DNA of 44,535 nucleotides from Candidatus Nomurabacteria bacterium (GCA_043758875.1 JAYVMR010000018.1:1-44535), one strand, 5' to 3'. Counted from the stretch's first letter, positions 35,857 through 44,535 are shown. Notes: a model not told the origin generated them from the letters alone. Program-made: numbers and translations.

Positions 35857-36237
35857 ATGCGTATTTTAGGTATAACCATTCCAAATGAAAAGCGACTTGA
35901 TATTGGTCTGACCACCCTCTATGGTATCGGTCGTGCCACCGCCAACAAAGTATTGAAAGATGCCGGCGTGGATCCTGAGACCAAGCCGACCGAGATCTCT
36001 CTCGATCAGGAGAACCATATTCGTAAGAATATCGAAGACCGTACTATCGAAGGAAACCTCAAGCGTGAGATCTCTGGAAACATCAAGCGTTTGAAAGATA
36101 TCAAAGCATACCGCGGCGTGCGTCACACTCGCCGATTACCAGTCAAAGGACAGCGCACCAAAACTAATTCCCGTACCGTTCGCGGTAATGTGCGAAATAC
36201 CATGGCCAGCGGTCGTCGTAAGGAGAGTAAGACATAA
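35857..36237 (+). CDS. rpsM: 30S ribosomal protein S13
   Basis: RILGITIP..KR..IGLT.LYGIG...A..VL pattern and operon context. Confidence 0.95.
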   Translation: MRILGITIPNEKRLDIGLTTLYGIGRATANKVLKDAGVDPETKPTEISLDQENHIRKNIEDRTIEGNLKREISGNIKRLKDIKAYRGVRHTRRLPVKGQRTKTNSRTVRGNVRNTMASGRRKESKT

Positions 36238-36242
36238 ATAAT

Positions 36243-36677
36243 ATGGGAAAGAAACGAATCGCAACTCAAGAAGGACAACTAGTGGACGCTGACAAGCGCG
36301 GACGCGCTGTTGGGCGCACCCCGAAAAAGAAACTCACTACAGCCGTATTAGCGATTGAAGCTACTTTTAATAATACCAAAGCAGTGGTCAGTGATCCGAA
36401 AGGCAACATCCTTTTCTGGTCTTCATCCGGCTCTCTGGGATTCAAAGGCGCAAAGAAAGGCACGCCATTTGCCGCTTCCAAAGTAGGGGAAGTATTGTCT
36501 GAAAAGGCGACGACGGCCGGTATCAAAGAAGTCAATGTGGTGGTCAAAGGCGTGGGCAGCGGCCGTGAACCGTTGATTCGCGCGTTTGTCGGAACGGGTA
36601 TCGAACTATTATCAATCAAGGATCGGACTCCGGTGCCGCACAACGGTCCCAAGGCCAAGAAGCCTCGAAGAGTATAG
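36243..36677 (+). CDS. rpsK: 30S ribosomal protein S11
   Basis: AIEATFNNT...SSGSLGFKGAKKGTPFAA and a C-terminal D.TP.PHNG.....RRV. Confidence 0.95.
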   Translation: MGKKRIATQEGQLVDADKRGRAVGRTPKKKLTTAVLAIEATFNNTKAVVSDPKGNILFWSSSGSLGFKGAKKGTPFAASKVGEVLSEKATTAGIKEVNVVVKGVGSGREPLIRAFVGTGIELLSIKDRTPVPHNGPKAKKPRRV

Positions 36678-36692
36678 TAATAATATAAACGT

Positions 36693-37301
36693 ATGAAATT
36701 AGGAGCAAAATACAAAATGTGTCGTCGTTTGGGTTCTGGAGTGTTCGAGAAATGCCAGACTCCAAAATATCTTTTATCTGAAGCCAAGAAATCAAAGGTA
36801 GGCAAAGGCAAGCGCCCGAAAGCATTATCTGGTTTCGGTACACAGCTTATCGAGAAGCAAAAAGTGCGTTTTTCTTACGGTATCAGTGAACGTCAACTCT
36901 CAAACTATGTGAAGAGCGCCAACACCGTAAAAGGTATGCCGGTAACCGACAAGCTCTATGAAGAATTGGAAAACCGTCTTGATAATGTGGTCTACCGTCT
37001 CGGTTTCGCCCACACCCGTCGCTTCGCGCGACAACTCGTTTCTCACGGTCACTTTATCGTCAATGGCAAGAAAACAACAGTGGCGTCACAGACCGTCCAT
37101 ATCGGCGATATTGTGGCGGTGCGTGAAGGATCTCGCAAGAGTCCGATCTTCACTGATTTTAGTACAAAGGTAAAAAATTATACTTGGCCAAAATGGCTCA
37201 AACTTACCCCTGAAGCATTGCAGGCAGAAGTGGTAGCAAAGCCGAAAAATGAAGAACTATTTCTTCAACTGGACACCGTTCTTGAGTTCTACAGTCGTTA
37301 A
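36693..37301 (+). CDS. rpsD: 30S ribosomal protein S4
   Basis: CRRLG...C and an S4 RNA-binding domain (RLDNVVYRLGFA.TR..ARQLVSHGH..VNG). Confidence 0.95.
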   Translation: MKLGAKYKMCRRLGSGVFEKCQTPKYLLSEAKKSKVGKGKRPKALSGFGTQLIEKQKVRFSYGISERQLSNYVKSANTVKGMPVTDKLYEELENRLDNVVYRLGFAHTRRFARQLVSHGHFIVNGKKTTVASQTVHIGDIVAVREGSRKSPIFTDFSTKVKNYTWPKWLKLTPEALQAEVVAKPKNEELFLQLDTVLEFYSR

Positions 37302-37352
37302 TAGAACACAACATTGCACTAATTACAAAATAATGGTACTATATATCACTAT

Positions 37353-38357
37353 ATGAGCGAGCAAAAAATCATTCTTCCATCAAAACCAAAAGCAGTACTT
37401 GAAGAGGGCAACAAAGGCATATTTGAAATTGATGGCTTGGTCCCAGGCTACGGATATACTCTCGGCAACTCCCTTCGACGCATCATTCTTTCCTCGCTTC
37501 CCGGTGCGGCCATTACTGCGGTAAAAATCGACGGCGTATCACATGAATTTTCTACCATCGAAGGCGTCAAGGAAGATGTCATCACTCTTTTGTTAAATCT
37601 GAAAAATGTCCGCTTCCAATTGGTGGGGGATGAACCGGCAAAAGTTTCTTTTTCCGCGAAAGGACCGAAGATCGTTACCGCCGCTGACATCAATGCCAAA
37701 GGCGCCGTATCTATTTCCAATACTGACCAATACGTCTGTGAGATCACCGGTAAGGCGGCACTGAACGTCGAAGTGACCATTGAACGCGGTTTGGGATTTG
37801 TGCCCCGTGACGCGCACCACAAGCAAAAAGCCGACATCGGCACTATTTTCTTGGATGCTATCTTTTCTCCTATTCGTCGCGTGAGCTACGATGTGGAGGA
37901 AATGCGTGTCGGTGACAAGACCAACTTCAACCGCTTGCGCATGACCATCGAAACCGACGGTACTATCACTCCTCGTGAAGCGCTTGAAACATCAGTCAAC
38001 ACCATGATCGAACAGTTGGCGGCCATCGTGTCTGTCGACAGTGGCAAGATCATTGCGGAGATCCAGGCGGCCACGGCTGCCAAGATTCCGGTTATGGAAA
38101 ATAGCGCACACACCGAAGAAGAATCAGCGGTCAACGATGAAGAAGTTGATGTCACTGATGTATTGAAGAATCGCATTGACGCCATCGGCCTTTCAACCCG
38201 TACTCTGAATGCGTTATCAGCGGCAAATATCCGCACTGTCGGAGGCATTGCCCGCAAGCGCGTTGACGACCTTTTGGAAATCGACGGTATTGGCGATAAA
38301 GGCATCACCGAGATCAAGGAAGCTTTGGCTCAGTTTAACTTGTCATTAAAGGACTAA
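37353..38357 (+). CDS. rpoA: DNA-directed RNA polymerase subunit alpha
   Basis: GYG.TLGNSLRRILLSS.PGAA at the N-terminus and a C-terminal domain with the helix-hairpin-helix LS.RTLNAL. Operon position fits. Confidence 0.95.
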   Translation: MSEQKIILPSKPKAVLEEGNKGIFEIDGLVPGYGYTLGNSLRRIILSSLPGAAITAVKIDGVSHEFSTIEGVKEDVITLLLNLKNVRFQLVGDEPAKVSFSAKGPKIVTAADINAKGAVSISNTDQYVCEITGKAALNVEVTIERGLGFVPRDAHHKQKADIGTIFLDAIFSPIRRVSYDVEEMRVGDKTNFNRLRMTIETDGTITPREALETSVNTMIEQLAAIVSVDSGKIIAEIQAATAAKIPVMENSAHTEEESAVNDEEVDVTDVLKNRIDAIGLSTRTLNALSAANIRTVGGIARKRVDDLLEIDGIGDKGITEIKEALAQFNLSLKD

Positions 38358-38388
38358 TACGATATACTACGGACCTTAGGAAATATTT

Positions 38389-38745
38389 ATGCGACACCAC
38401 AATGCCAACAGAAAATTCGGCCGTTCATCCAACCAGCGCCACGCCCTTTTGAAAGGCCTTGCGGCATCGCTCATTACCCATGGCCGCATTTTGACGACTG
38501 AGGCCAAAGCCAAAGAACTGCGTCCTAACGTCGAAAAATTGGTGACCAAAGCTAAAAATCCGACTTTGGCGGCTCGCCGTCTGTTACTTTCCGGCTTTTA
38601 TAATAATGAAATCGTGGTCAGCAAGCTTATCAGTGACATTGCTCCTCGCTATGCGGAACGTCCGGGCGGCTATACTCGCATCGTGAAGCTGGCTCCTCGC
38701 AAGGGCGATGCCAGCCCAATGGCTATTATTGAATTCGTCATCTAA
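38389..38745 (+). CDS. rplQ: 50S ribosomal protein L17
   Basis: MRH....KFGRSSNQR.ALL..LA.SLI.HGRI.TT..KAKELR pattern. Confidence 0.95.
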   Translation: MRHHNANRKFGRSSNQRHALLKGLAASLITHGRILTTEAKAKELRPNVEKLVTKAKNPTLAARRLLLSGFYNNEIVVSKLISDIAPRYAERPGGYTRIVKLAPRKGDASPMAIIEFVI

Positions 38746-38755
38746 TATTTGAATT

Positions 38756-39100
38756 ATGAACCACACTATTGATGCAACAGAAAAATCACTCGGCCGTCTC
38801 GCTTCAGAAGTAGCGGCACTTCTTATTGGTAAAAATCAGACTGATTTTGCGCGTAACGTGCTTTCCGGTAACACCGTGACAGTAGTCAACGCCGGCAAAT
38901 TGAGAGTCAGCCCAAAGAAGATGAAAGAAAAATTTTATAATCGGTACTCCGGCTATCCAGGCGGCTTGAAAGAGCTCAGTATGGCTCACGTAGTCGAAAA
39001 GAAAGGATACCGTGAAGTTATCACTATCGCCGTCAAAGGTATGCTTCCTGATAATAAGCTCAAGAAAGGCATGATGAAAGCGCTAACAGTAACTGAATAA
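38756..39100 (+). CDS. rplM: 50S ribosomal protein L13 (short, 114 aa)
   Basis: LGRLASEVA..L.GK, VVNA.K and IAVKGMLP motifs. It is shorter at both termini than the E. coli protein. Confidence 0.9.
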   Translation: MNHTIDATEKSLGRLASEVAALLIGKNQTDFARNVLSGNTVTVVNAGKLRVSPKKMKEKFYNRYSGYPGGLKELSMAHVVEKKGYREVITIAVKGMLPDNKLKKGMMKALTVTE

Positions 39101-39109
39101 TATATAGCT

Positions 39110-39508
39110 ATGGCAACAACAAAGAAACAATATGTGGAAACAATCGGACGACGCAAAACTGCAACAGCACGCGTGCGTATTAGTACTGCGACCAAGGCAA
39201 GTTATTTGATCAACGACAAGGACTTGGCGACTTATTTCCCGACAGAAGAATTACAAAAGATCGTCACTGATCCTTTCAGAATCGCTGACAAAGCCTATGC
39301 GGTATCCGTACATGTGAAAGGTAGCGGTATCCACTCTCAAGCAGAAGCAGTTCGTCACGGACTTGCTCGCGCGCTTGTGGTAGAAGATGAATCTGATAAG
39401 ACCAAACTCAAACAAGAAGGATTCTTGAAGCGTGACCCTCGCGCCAAAGAACGCCGCAAATTCGGTCTCAAAAAGGCCCGCAAAGCCCCACAGTGGTCCA
39501 AGCGTTAA
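39110..39508 (+). CDS. rpsI: 30S ribosomal protein S9
   Basis: GRRKTATARV and a C-terminal LKRDPR.KERRK.G.KKARKAPQWSKR. Confidence 0.95.
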   Translation: MATTKKQYVETIGRRKTATARVRISTATKASYLINDKDLATYFPTEELQKIVTDPFRIADKAYAVSVHVKGSGIHSQAEAVRHGLARALVVEDESDKTKLKQEGFLKRDPRAKERRKFGLKKARKAPQWSKR

Positions 39509-39513
39509 AATAA

Positions 39514-39547
39514 AAAAACTCTTTAGGCAAGGCCTAAAGAGTTTTTT
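39514..39547 (+). terminator. Intrinsic terminator after rpsI
   Basis: aaaaactctttaggc / gcctaaagagttttt is a 15-bp stem followed by a T-run. Confidence 0.85.
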
Positions 39548-39564
39548 TATTTGCGAATTTTTTG

Positions 39565-39570
39565 TATAAT
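39565..39570 (+). promoter_or_regulatory. -10 box TATAAT, 7 nt upstream of the grpE ATG (39578)
   Basis: Read directly from the sequence. It lies just downstream of the rpsI terminator. Confidence 0.55.
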
Positions 39571-39577
39571 CAAGCAT

Positions 39578-40207
39578 ATGAAAGACGATGAATATAACTC
39601 CGTAGTACAGTCAGATGAAATTGAGGCGCCTAATGTGGCCACCCATACGGAGATTGACCAGGATGCGGACATGGTGTTTGAGGCGAGTGATGAAGAGGGC
39701 GGTGTATTGAGCAGCGGCAAGAAAATGAAAGATTTGCGCGAGAAGATCGCCGCATTGACCAAAGAAAAACAGGAATACCTGGATGGCTGGCAGCGTTCGC
39801 GCGCGGATTATGCCAACCTGCAAAAGACGACCGATGAGGATCGTAAGCGCATGCGCGGTTTGATTGAGGAGAATTTCATCGAGGATTTGTTGCCGGTGGT
39901 GGATAGTTTCGCCATGGCCATGAGCAATAAGGAAGCCTGGGAAAAAGTCGATGCCAACTGGCGCACTGGCGTAGAATACATCTATCAGCAAATGATGACC
40001 GTTTTGAAAGATCGCGGCTTTGCCACATTCGGCACTCTCGGCGATACCTTTGACCCGACGCTTCACGAAGCTGTTTCAGAAACCGAAACCGACGACGCTG
40101 CTCTGGAACACAAAATTTCCACTGTACTGCAGCAAGGATACAAATTGGGAGACAATATTCTTAGAGCTGCCCGCGTGTCCGTCTATAAAATAAATTTGGG
40201 AGCTTAG
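39578..40207 (+). CDS. grpE: Nucleotide exchange factor GrpE
   Basis: Coiled-coil followed by RADYANL.KR......LLPV.DSF..A and a C-terminal beta domain (GY.L.D.ILR.A.V.V). I chose the ATG at 39578 because of the -10 position. Confidence 0.9.
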   Translation: MKDDEYNSVVQSDEIEAPNVATHTEIDQDADMVFEASDEEGGVLSSGKKMKDLREKIAALTKEKQEYLDGWQRSRADYANLQKTTDEDRKRMRGLIEENFIEDLLPVVDSFAMAMSNKEAWEKVDANWRTGVEYIYQQMMTVLKDRGFATFGTLGDTFDPTLHEAVSETETDDAALEHKISTVLQQGYKLGDNILRAARVSVYKINLGA

Positions 40208-40218
40208 CTCCCAAATTT
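40192..40218. terminator. Bidirectional hairpin aaatttgggagc-tt-agctcccaaattt overlapping the grpE stop and abutting the PaaX-like gene stop
   Basis: 12-bp stem flanked by A/T runs. It is the inverted exact copy of 30616..30640. Confidence 0.75.
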
Positions 40219-40729
40219 ATTTTTTAAGGATTTCTGAGAAAGCCCTTTCTGTGGCTTCGTCGAGAGTGTTGGTTACAAAAATCATGATTTCAGTCGTGAG
40301 AGCGAGGTCTTTTTTGATATTCATGAACAGGTGTTCGAACGGGTAAGGGGAGATCCAGACGGAATTTTTCAATAAAATGAAACCGGCTTTTTTGAGCAGG
40401 TAACGCAAGCCGTCGCGTTCGGACTTGCGGTCTTCAGGCAAATCCAAAAGAATGATGCGCCATTTGCCGTCCCAGTTGGGGTCTACCAGAGAGGTTTTAG
40501 TTTCCAGGTTGTAGCTTATAGCCTTGCGCTTGCCTTCGCGTGTCAGGCGGGTATAGGGCTGTTGGCTGGAATGGTGCGTTTCGACCAAGCCAGCTTCGTG
40601 GAGGCCTTTCAGTGACCGATTAAGAGCGTAGGTTCCCCCCATACTGTCTTTCAGTTCGGTTATGGAAATGGCGGGTTTTGAGGCCAAAAGTGCCAGTATT
40701 TTTTGAGAATAATTCCTACGAATAGCCAT
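40217..40729 (-). CDS. PaaX-like winged-helix transcriptional regulator
   Basis: N-terminal wHTH (ILALLASKPAISITELKD...LHEAGLVE), then WDGKWRIILLDLPEDRKSERDGLRYLLKKAGFILLKNSVWISPYP, the characteristic PaaX-type C-terminal module. Confidence 0.65.
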   Translation of the reverse strand: MAIRRNYSQKILALLASKPAISITELKDSMGGTYALNRSLKGLHEAGLVETHHSSQQPYTRLTREGKRKAISYNLETKTSLVDPNWDGKWRIILLDLPEDRKSERDGLRYLLKKAGFILLKNSVWISPYPFEHLFMNIKKDLALTTEIMIFVTNTLDEATERAFSEILKK

Positions 40730-40731
40730 AG

Positions 40732-40759
40732 TTGCATAATATCAAACCATTGCTATAAT
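40732..40759 (+). promoter_or_regulatory. dnaK promoter: TTGCAT-16-TATAAT with TGC extension
   Basis: ttgcat at 40732-40737 and tgctataat at 40751-40759. It is divergent from the PaaX-like gene start at 40729. Confidence 0.6.
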
Positions 40760-40768
40760 ATCAACATG

Positions 40769-40788
40769 TATTTCACGACCGTGAAATA
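40769..40788. promoter_or_regulatory. Perfect palindrome TATTTCACG-AC-CGTGAAATA just downstream of the dnaK -10
   Basis: 9-bp arms, read directly from the sequence. Confidence 0.7.
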
Positions 40789-40811
40789 TAAGTATAACGA
40801 CGTTATACTTA
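40789..40811. promoter_or_regulatory. Perfect palindrome TAAGTATAACG-A-CGTTATACTTA, contiguous with the previous one
   Basis: 11-bp arms, read directly from the sequence. Confidence 0.7.
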
Positions 40812-40899
40812 TAAATTAAAGAGAAAAACTGAGCTAGGAAATACAGATTAAAAAGTACTCAATTTATTGGAAATTTATCAATTTAAATTAAAGCAAAAC

Positions 40900-42795
40900 A
40901 TGGCAAAAATCATTGGAATTGACCTTGGAACCACGAACTCAGCTGTCGCCATCATTGAAGGCGGACAGCCAAAAATTATCGAAAACATAGAAGGAGCACG
41001 CACCACTCCTTCTATTGTCGCACTCGGCAAAAACGGTGACATCTTGGTTGGCTTGCTGGCAAAGCGCCAAGCCATTACCAATCCGCAAAATACCATTTAC
41101 GGTATCAAGCGCTTCATGGGTCACAAGTATGACGATGCCGGCATGGACAAAGTCATCAAGACTTCTCCTTTCAAGGTTTCCAAAGGAGCTGATGGTGGTA
41201 TTTTGGTAAAACTTGGGGATAAGGATTATCGTCCGGAAGAAGTGTCTGCCATGATTCTGCAAAAAATTAAGACAGATGTGGAAGCCAAGCTGGGCGAGAA
41301 GATCACCGAAGCCATCATCACCGTGCCGGCTTACTTCGACGACGCGCAACGCAAGGCGACCAAAGACGCGGGAGCGATTGCCGGTCTCGATGTCAAACGT
41401 ATCATCAATGAACCGACTGCGGCGGCCTTGGCCTACGGCTTGAATACCAAGAAAGACGAGAAGATCGTGATCTTCGACTTGGGCGGCGGCACGTTTGACG
41501 TGTCAGTATTGGAAGTGTCAGACGATGTCATCGAAGTGAAGTCGACTGACGGCGACTCCATGATGGGCGGTCGCGATATCGACCTCAAGATCATGAATTG
41601 GATCGCAGGAGAATTCAAAAAGCAATCCGGTATCGATGTTATGGGTGATCCGCTAGCATTGCAACGTTTGGACGAAGCGGCGGAAAAAGCCAAGATCGAG
41701 CTTTCCACCACCTTGGAAACGGAAATCAACATTCCTTTCATCACTTCGACTGATGCCGGCCCTCAGCACTTGCTGTTGAAAATGAGCCGCGCGCAATTGG
41801 AAGAATTGGCGAATGAATTCGTTACCGCATCTCTTGATATCACCAAGCGTGCCCTTGATGCATCAGGATTTAAAATCACCGATATCAACGAAGTCATCTT
41901 GGTCGGTGGCCAGACCCGCATGCCGAAGATCGTGGAACAGGTAAAGGCGTATTTTGGCAAGGAACCGAACTTGTCTATCAATCCTGATGAAGTCGTAGCA
42001 CTCGGCGCTGCCGTGCAAGCCGGAGTGTTGCAAGGCGATGTCAAAGATGTGCTGTTGCTCGATGTTATTCCACTCTCATTGGGTATTGAAACCATGGGCA
42101 ATGTGGCGACCAAACTGGTTGAGCGCAACACCACCATCCCGTCATCAAAATCACAAGTCTTTTCGACGGCGGCGGACAATCAGACTAGTGTGGAGATCCA
42201 TATCGTGCAAGGCGAACGCCCAATGGCGGCCGATAATAAGTCATTGGGACGATTCATTCTTGATGGCATCCCGCCGGCACCGCGCGGCATGCCGCAGATC
42301 GAAGTCAGCTTTGATGTCGATGCCAACGGCATATTGAATGTCAAAGCCACCGACAAGGCCAGCGGCAAGGAGCAATCCATTCGTCTGGAAGCGTCTTCCG
42401 GACTTACTGCTGATGATATCGAGCGCATGAAGAAGGATGCCGAGCTGCATGCCAAGGAAGACCAGGAAAAGAAAATGTTGGCTGATGTCAAAAATTCTGC
42501 TGACATGAATATCTTCACCGCGGAAAAGGCATTGCAAGACAATGCTGAAAAAATTCCGGAAGATATCAAGACGGCGGTCACTGCCAAAATCGGTGAATTG
42601 AAAACCGTAAAAGAGGGAACTGACAAAGCGGCGATTGAAACAAAAATTCATGAACTTTCAGCAGAAATGCAGAAGATTGGAGAACATATGAATGCTTCGG
42701 CTAACGCCTCAGCATCTGCCGATAGCGCTCCTGCCGCTGAAGAAGTGGTAAAGGACGCTCCTGCAGAAGAAGCTCCGACAGAGCCGGCTCAATAA
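40900..42795 (+). CDS. dnaK: Molecular chaperone DnaK (Hsp70)
   Basis: [20 protein letters not shown] and [11 protein letters not shown] motifs. ATG at 40900 ([10 protein letters not shown]). Confidence 0.97.
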   Translation: MAKIIGIDLGTTNSAVAIIEGGQPKIIENIEGARTTPSIVALGKNGDILVGLLAKRQAITNPQNTIYGIKRFMGHKYDDAGMDKVIKTSPFKVSKGADGGILVKLGDKDYRPEEVSAMILQKIKTDVEAKLGEKITEAIITVPAYFDDAQRKATKDAGAIAGLDVKRIINEPTAAALAYGLNTKKDEKIVIFDLGGGTFDVSVLEVSDDVIEVKSTDGDSMMGGRDIDLKIMNWIAGEFKKQSGIDVMGDPLALQRLDEAAEKAKIELSTTLETEINIPFITSTDAGPQHLLLKMSRAQLEELANEFVTASLDITKRALDASGFKITDINEVILVGGQTRMPKIVEQVKAYFGKEPNLSINPDEVVALGAAVQAGVLQGDVKDVLLLDVIPLSLGIETMGNVATKLVERNTTIPSSKSQVFSTAADNQTSVEIHIVQGERPMAADNKSLGRFILDGIPPAPRGMPQIEVSFDVDANGILNVKATDKASGKEQSIRLEASSGLTADDIERMKKDAELHAKEDQEKKMLADVKNSADMNIFTAEKALQDNAEKIPEDIKTAVTAKIGELKTVKEGTDKAAIETKIHELSAEMQKIGEHMNASANASASADSAPAAEEVVKDAPAEEAPTEPAQ

Positions 42796-42810
42796 ATAAA
42801 ATACAAAAGT

Positions 42811-42856
42811 GTTAGGTACTCGGTACCTAACAAAGACCCCTAGTCGGGATCTTTGT
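42811..42856 (+). terminator. Two hairpins after dnaK (gttaggtac-tcg-gtacctaac; caaagacccc...gggatctttg), no clear T-tract
   Basis: A 9-bp perfect stem and a 9/10 stem read directly from the sequence. Function as a terminator is uncertain. Confidence 0.4.
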
Positions 42857-42860
42857 GTTG

Positions 42861-42869
42861 TGCTATAGT
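42861..42869 (+). promoter_or_regulatory. Extended -10 TGCTATAGT, 9 nt upstream of the small ORF ATG (42879)
   Basis: Read directly from the sequence. Confidence 0.5.
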
Positions 42870-42878
42870 GTTTGGACT

Positions 42879-42956
42879 ATGAACAAGAAACGAAAAATTG
42901 CCGCGAAAAAGAAGCGAAAGGCGGATGGAAAGACAGTGTCATTACGCCATCGTTAG
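42879..42956 (+). CDS. Candidate 25-aa highly basic micro-protein (MNKKRKIAAKKKRKADGKTVSLRHR), or the 5' part of an sRNA
   Basis: Hand translation. The unit has its own -10 box, and its last codons lie inside a 15-bp perfect hairpin (42937..42970). A strong terminator lies at 43003..43032. Confidence 0.3.
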   Translation: MNKKRKIAAKKKRKADGKTVSLRHR

Positions 42957-42970
42957 ATGGCGTAATGACA
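42937..42970 (+). other. 15-bp perfect stem with GTTA loop
   Basis: tgtcattacgccatc / gatggcgtaatgaca. Confidence 0.85.
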
Positions 42971-43002
42971 CTGAGCGAAGTCGAAGGGTCTGATACTCTA
43001 AG

Positions 43003-43032
43003 AAAAAACCCTCCTTTAAAGGAGGGTTTTTT
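43003..43032 (+). terminator. Intrinsic terminator aaaaaaccctcc-tttaaa-ggagggtttttt
   Basis: 12-bp stem including the A/T flanks, with a T-run. Confidence 0.85.
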
Positions 43033-43034
43033 CG

Positions 43035-43043
43035 TGCTATAAT
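43035..43043 (+). promoter_or_regulatory. Extended -10 TGCTATAAT, 6 nt upstream of the dnaJ ATG
   Basis: Read directly from the sequence. Confidence 0.55.
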
Positions 43044-43049
43044 ACCCAT

Positions 43050-44120
43050 ATGAGCAAAGACTATTACGACATTTTGGGAGTGCAAAAGAAGGCTTCAAAA
43101 GACGAGATCAAGAAGGCTTTCCACAAATTGGCGCACAAATACCACCCCGACAAGAATGGTGGTGACGACGCCAAATTCAAAGAGGTCAACGAAGCCTACC
43201 AAGTACTCTCCAATGACGGCAAGCGCGGGCAATACGATCAGTTTGGTTCTGCTGGTCCGACTATGGGCGGCGCTGGCTATGGCGGCGGCTTCGAAGGATT
43301 TGATTTCTCGCAATTCAACCAAGATGGTGGGTTCGGTTTTGATATGGGAGATATTTTTGGCGAGATGTTCGGTGGCGGCAATCGCCGCGCCAAGAACCGT
43401 CGCGGTGCCGATTTGCAAACCAGCATCACGTTGGACTTCAAGGAAGCAGTCTTCGGTGCCGACAAGGAAATTCGCGTTACCAAGCCCTCGACCTGCAATA
43501 CTTGTCATGGCAATGGCGCCAAGTCTGGCACCGAGCTTCACACGTGTACCCAATGCAACGGCAGCGGCGTGGTAAAGAATATCCAACGCACTATCCTTGG
43601 TTCCATTGCCACCACGCAAATCTGCAGCAAGTGCGAAGGTACAGGCAAGATCCCTAAGGAACCATGTCAGACCTGTAAAGGCAAGGGTGTGGTCAACGAA
43701 CCTCGCACCATCAAGGTTTCAGTGCCTGCCGGTATTCAGAACGGCGAAACGTTGCGCCTGCAAAACATGGGCGAAGCCATCAAGGGCGGCCCGTCCGGCG
43801 ACCTGTATGTGCATATCGCGGTGACTCCTCACCGCACTATTACTCGCGCCAATTATGATCTGGTCTCGACGCTTTCGATCAAACTGACTGACGCATTGCT
43901 TGGCGCGCAATATGCCGTTGAAACGTTGGATGGCTCCATGCCACTGACCATTCCGGCTGGCACCAAGATCGGCGATACGGTCGTATTGAAACAGCACGGC
44001 GTCCCTCACGGCTCCAGCAAGCGTGGCAACTTCATCGTCAAGCTCAATATCGCATTGCCGGAGAAGCTCTCCAAGCGCGCCAAGGAAGTCATTGAAGAGC
44101 TTAAAAAGGAAGGAATATAG
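43050..44120 (+). CDS. dnaJ: Molecular chaperone DnaJ
   Basis: J-domain with HPDKN, a G/F-rich linker and four CxxCxGxG repeats ([32 protein letters not shown]). Confidence 0.95.
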   Translation: MSKDYYDILGVQKKASKDEIKKAFHKLAHKYHPDKNGGDDAKFKEVNEAYQVLSNDGKRGQYDQFGSAGPTMGGAGYGGGFEGFDFSQFNQDGGFGFDMGDIFGEMFGGGNRRAKNRRGADLQTSITLDFKEAVFGADKEIRVTKPSTCNTCHGNGAKSGTELHTCTQCNGSGVVKNIQRTILGSIATTQICSKCEGTGKIPKEPCQTCKGKGVVNEPRTIKVSVPAGIQNGETLRLQNMGEAIKGGPSGDLYVHIAVTPHRTITRANYDLVSTLSIKLTDALLGAQYAVETLDGSMPLTIPAGTKIGDTVVLKQHGVPHGSSKRGNFIVKLNIALPEKLSKRAKEVIEELKKEGI

Positions 44121-44126
44121 TATAAT
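44121..44126 (+). promoter_or_regulatory. -10 box TATAAT, 8 nt upstream of the lysS ATG
   Basis: Read directly from the sequence. Confidence 0.5.
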
Positions 44127-44134
44127 AAAACGAC

Positions 44135-44535
44135 ATGGCATCCATTGAAGAATTGCGGGCAGACCGACTAAAAAAGAAAGCATTGCTCGAAGCAAATGGC
44201 ATGAACCCGTATCCGGCGGAAAGCCATCGCACGGACACCATAGAAGTGTTTCTTGGGCGTTTTAATGAATACGAAGCAAGTAAAGAAACACGCACGCTGG
44301 CTGGCCGAGTCATGAGCAAGCGCGGCCAAGGCGGCATTGCCTTCTGCGACCTGTATGACGGCACGCAAAAAGTCCAGGCATTTTTTAAGGCCGATGAGAT
44401 GGACAAATCAGTCTACGACCTTTTCAATGACACCGTCGACATCGGTGATTTCATCGAAGTGACCGGCATTGCCTACACAACCCAACGCGGCGCACCGAGC
44501 ATTTTTGCCAGGGGCTGGACGATGCTGACCAAAAG
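44135..44535 (+). CDS. lysS: Lysine--tRNA ligase, class II (5' partial; runs off window)
   Basis: Hand translation MASIEELRADRLKKKALLEANGMNPYP...LAGRVMSKRGQGGIAFCDLYDGTQKVQAFF matches the N-terminal helix and the OB anticodon-binding domain of LysRS. There is no stop before the window end. Confidence 0.85.
   Translation, partial: MASIEELRADRLKKKALLEANGMNPYPAESHRTDTIEVFLGRFNEYEASKETRTLAGRVMSKRGQGGIAFCDLYDGTQKVQAFFKADEMDKSVYDLFNDTVDIGDFIEVTGIAYTTQRGAPSIFARGWTMLTK

Noticed and set aside
42971-43000. Hammerhead-ribozyme-like CUGA...GAA strings (ctgagcgaagtcgaagggtctgatac)
   Set aside because: The string does not fit the CUGANGA core (positions 8-9 are CG, not GA), and no three-stem junction can be drawn.
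42877-43098. 73-aa minus-strand ORF spanning the dnaK-dnaJ spacer
   Set aside because: It runs antisense through two hairpins, the dnaJ promoter and the dnaJ start. No supporting start context was found.

Overview
This 44.5-kb window looks like a streamlined CPR/Patescibacteria-type bacterium using the standard genetic code; the taxonomy is inferred from gene content only. It has two compositionally distinct parts.

**Bases 1 to ~10,400 (visibly AT-rich accessory block).** It carries a large serine recombinase. Directly downstream on the same strand is a tight three-gene cluster:
- a 435-aa divergent proteasome-beta/HslV-like Ntn protein with Thr1/Asp17/Lys33 at canonical spacing
- a 63-aa protein
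- a P-loop kinase-like protein

The block also holds a tail-anchored membrane protein, an EEP-family nuclease/phosphatase, a NadD-like adenylyltransferase, a NYN/LabA-like protein, several orphan ORFs and an ATP-grasp ligase. Two long non-coding stretches lie here. One is a promoter-to-terminator unit of about 350 nt on the minus strand with no ATG, which I call a candidate ncRNA.

**Bases ~10,400 to the end (GC-richer core genome).** Genes in order: folD, a GT2 glycosyltransferase, trxB, ftsZ, ftsA, ybeY, rpsU, priA, mreB, holB-like, frr, rseP, a sigma-region-4/HARE-HTH protein, mltG, a DEDDh exonuclease, mnmA, mgtC, pepF, a short alaS, an actin-like paralogue, infA-rpmJ-rpsM-rpsK-rpsD-rpoA-rplQ-rplM-rpsI, grpE, a divergent PaaX-like regulator, dnaK, dnaJ and the 5' part of lysS.

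**Most notable observations:**
1. The proteasome-like/kinase cluster next to the recombinase.
2. A near-universal -10-like box (often TGnTAnnnT) 6-9 nt upstream of start codons, implying leaderless or very short-leader mRNAs.
3. Two perfect tandem palindromes in the dnaK leader next to a PaaX-like regulator, where hrcA/CIRCE would normally be.
4. A PriA homologue with all helicase motifs degenerate.
5. Exact palindromic mini-repeats reused at distant sites, one of them inside the holB-like CDS.
6. A small promoter-hairpin-terminator unit between dnaK and dnaJ.

No rRNA, tRNA or CRISPR array was found.
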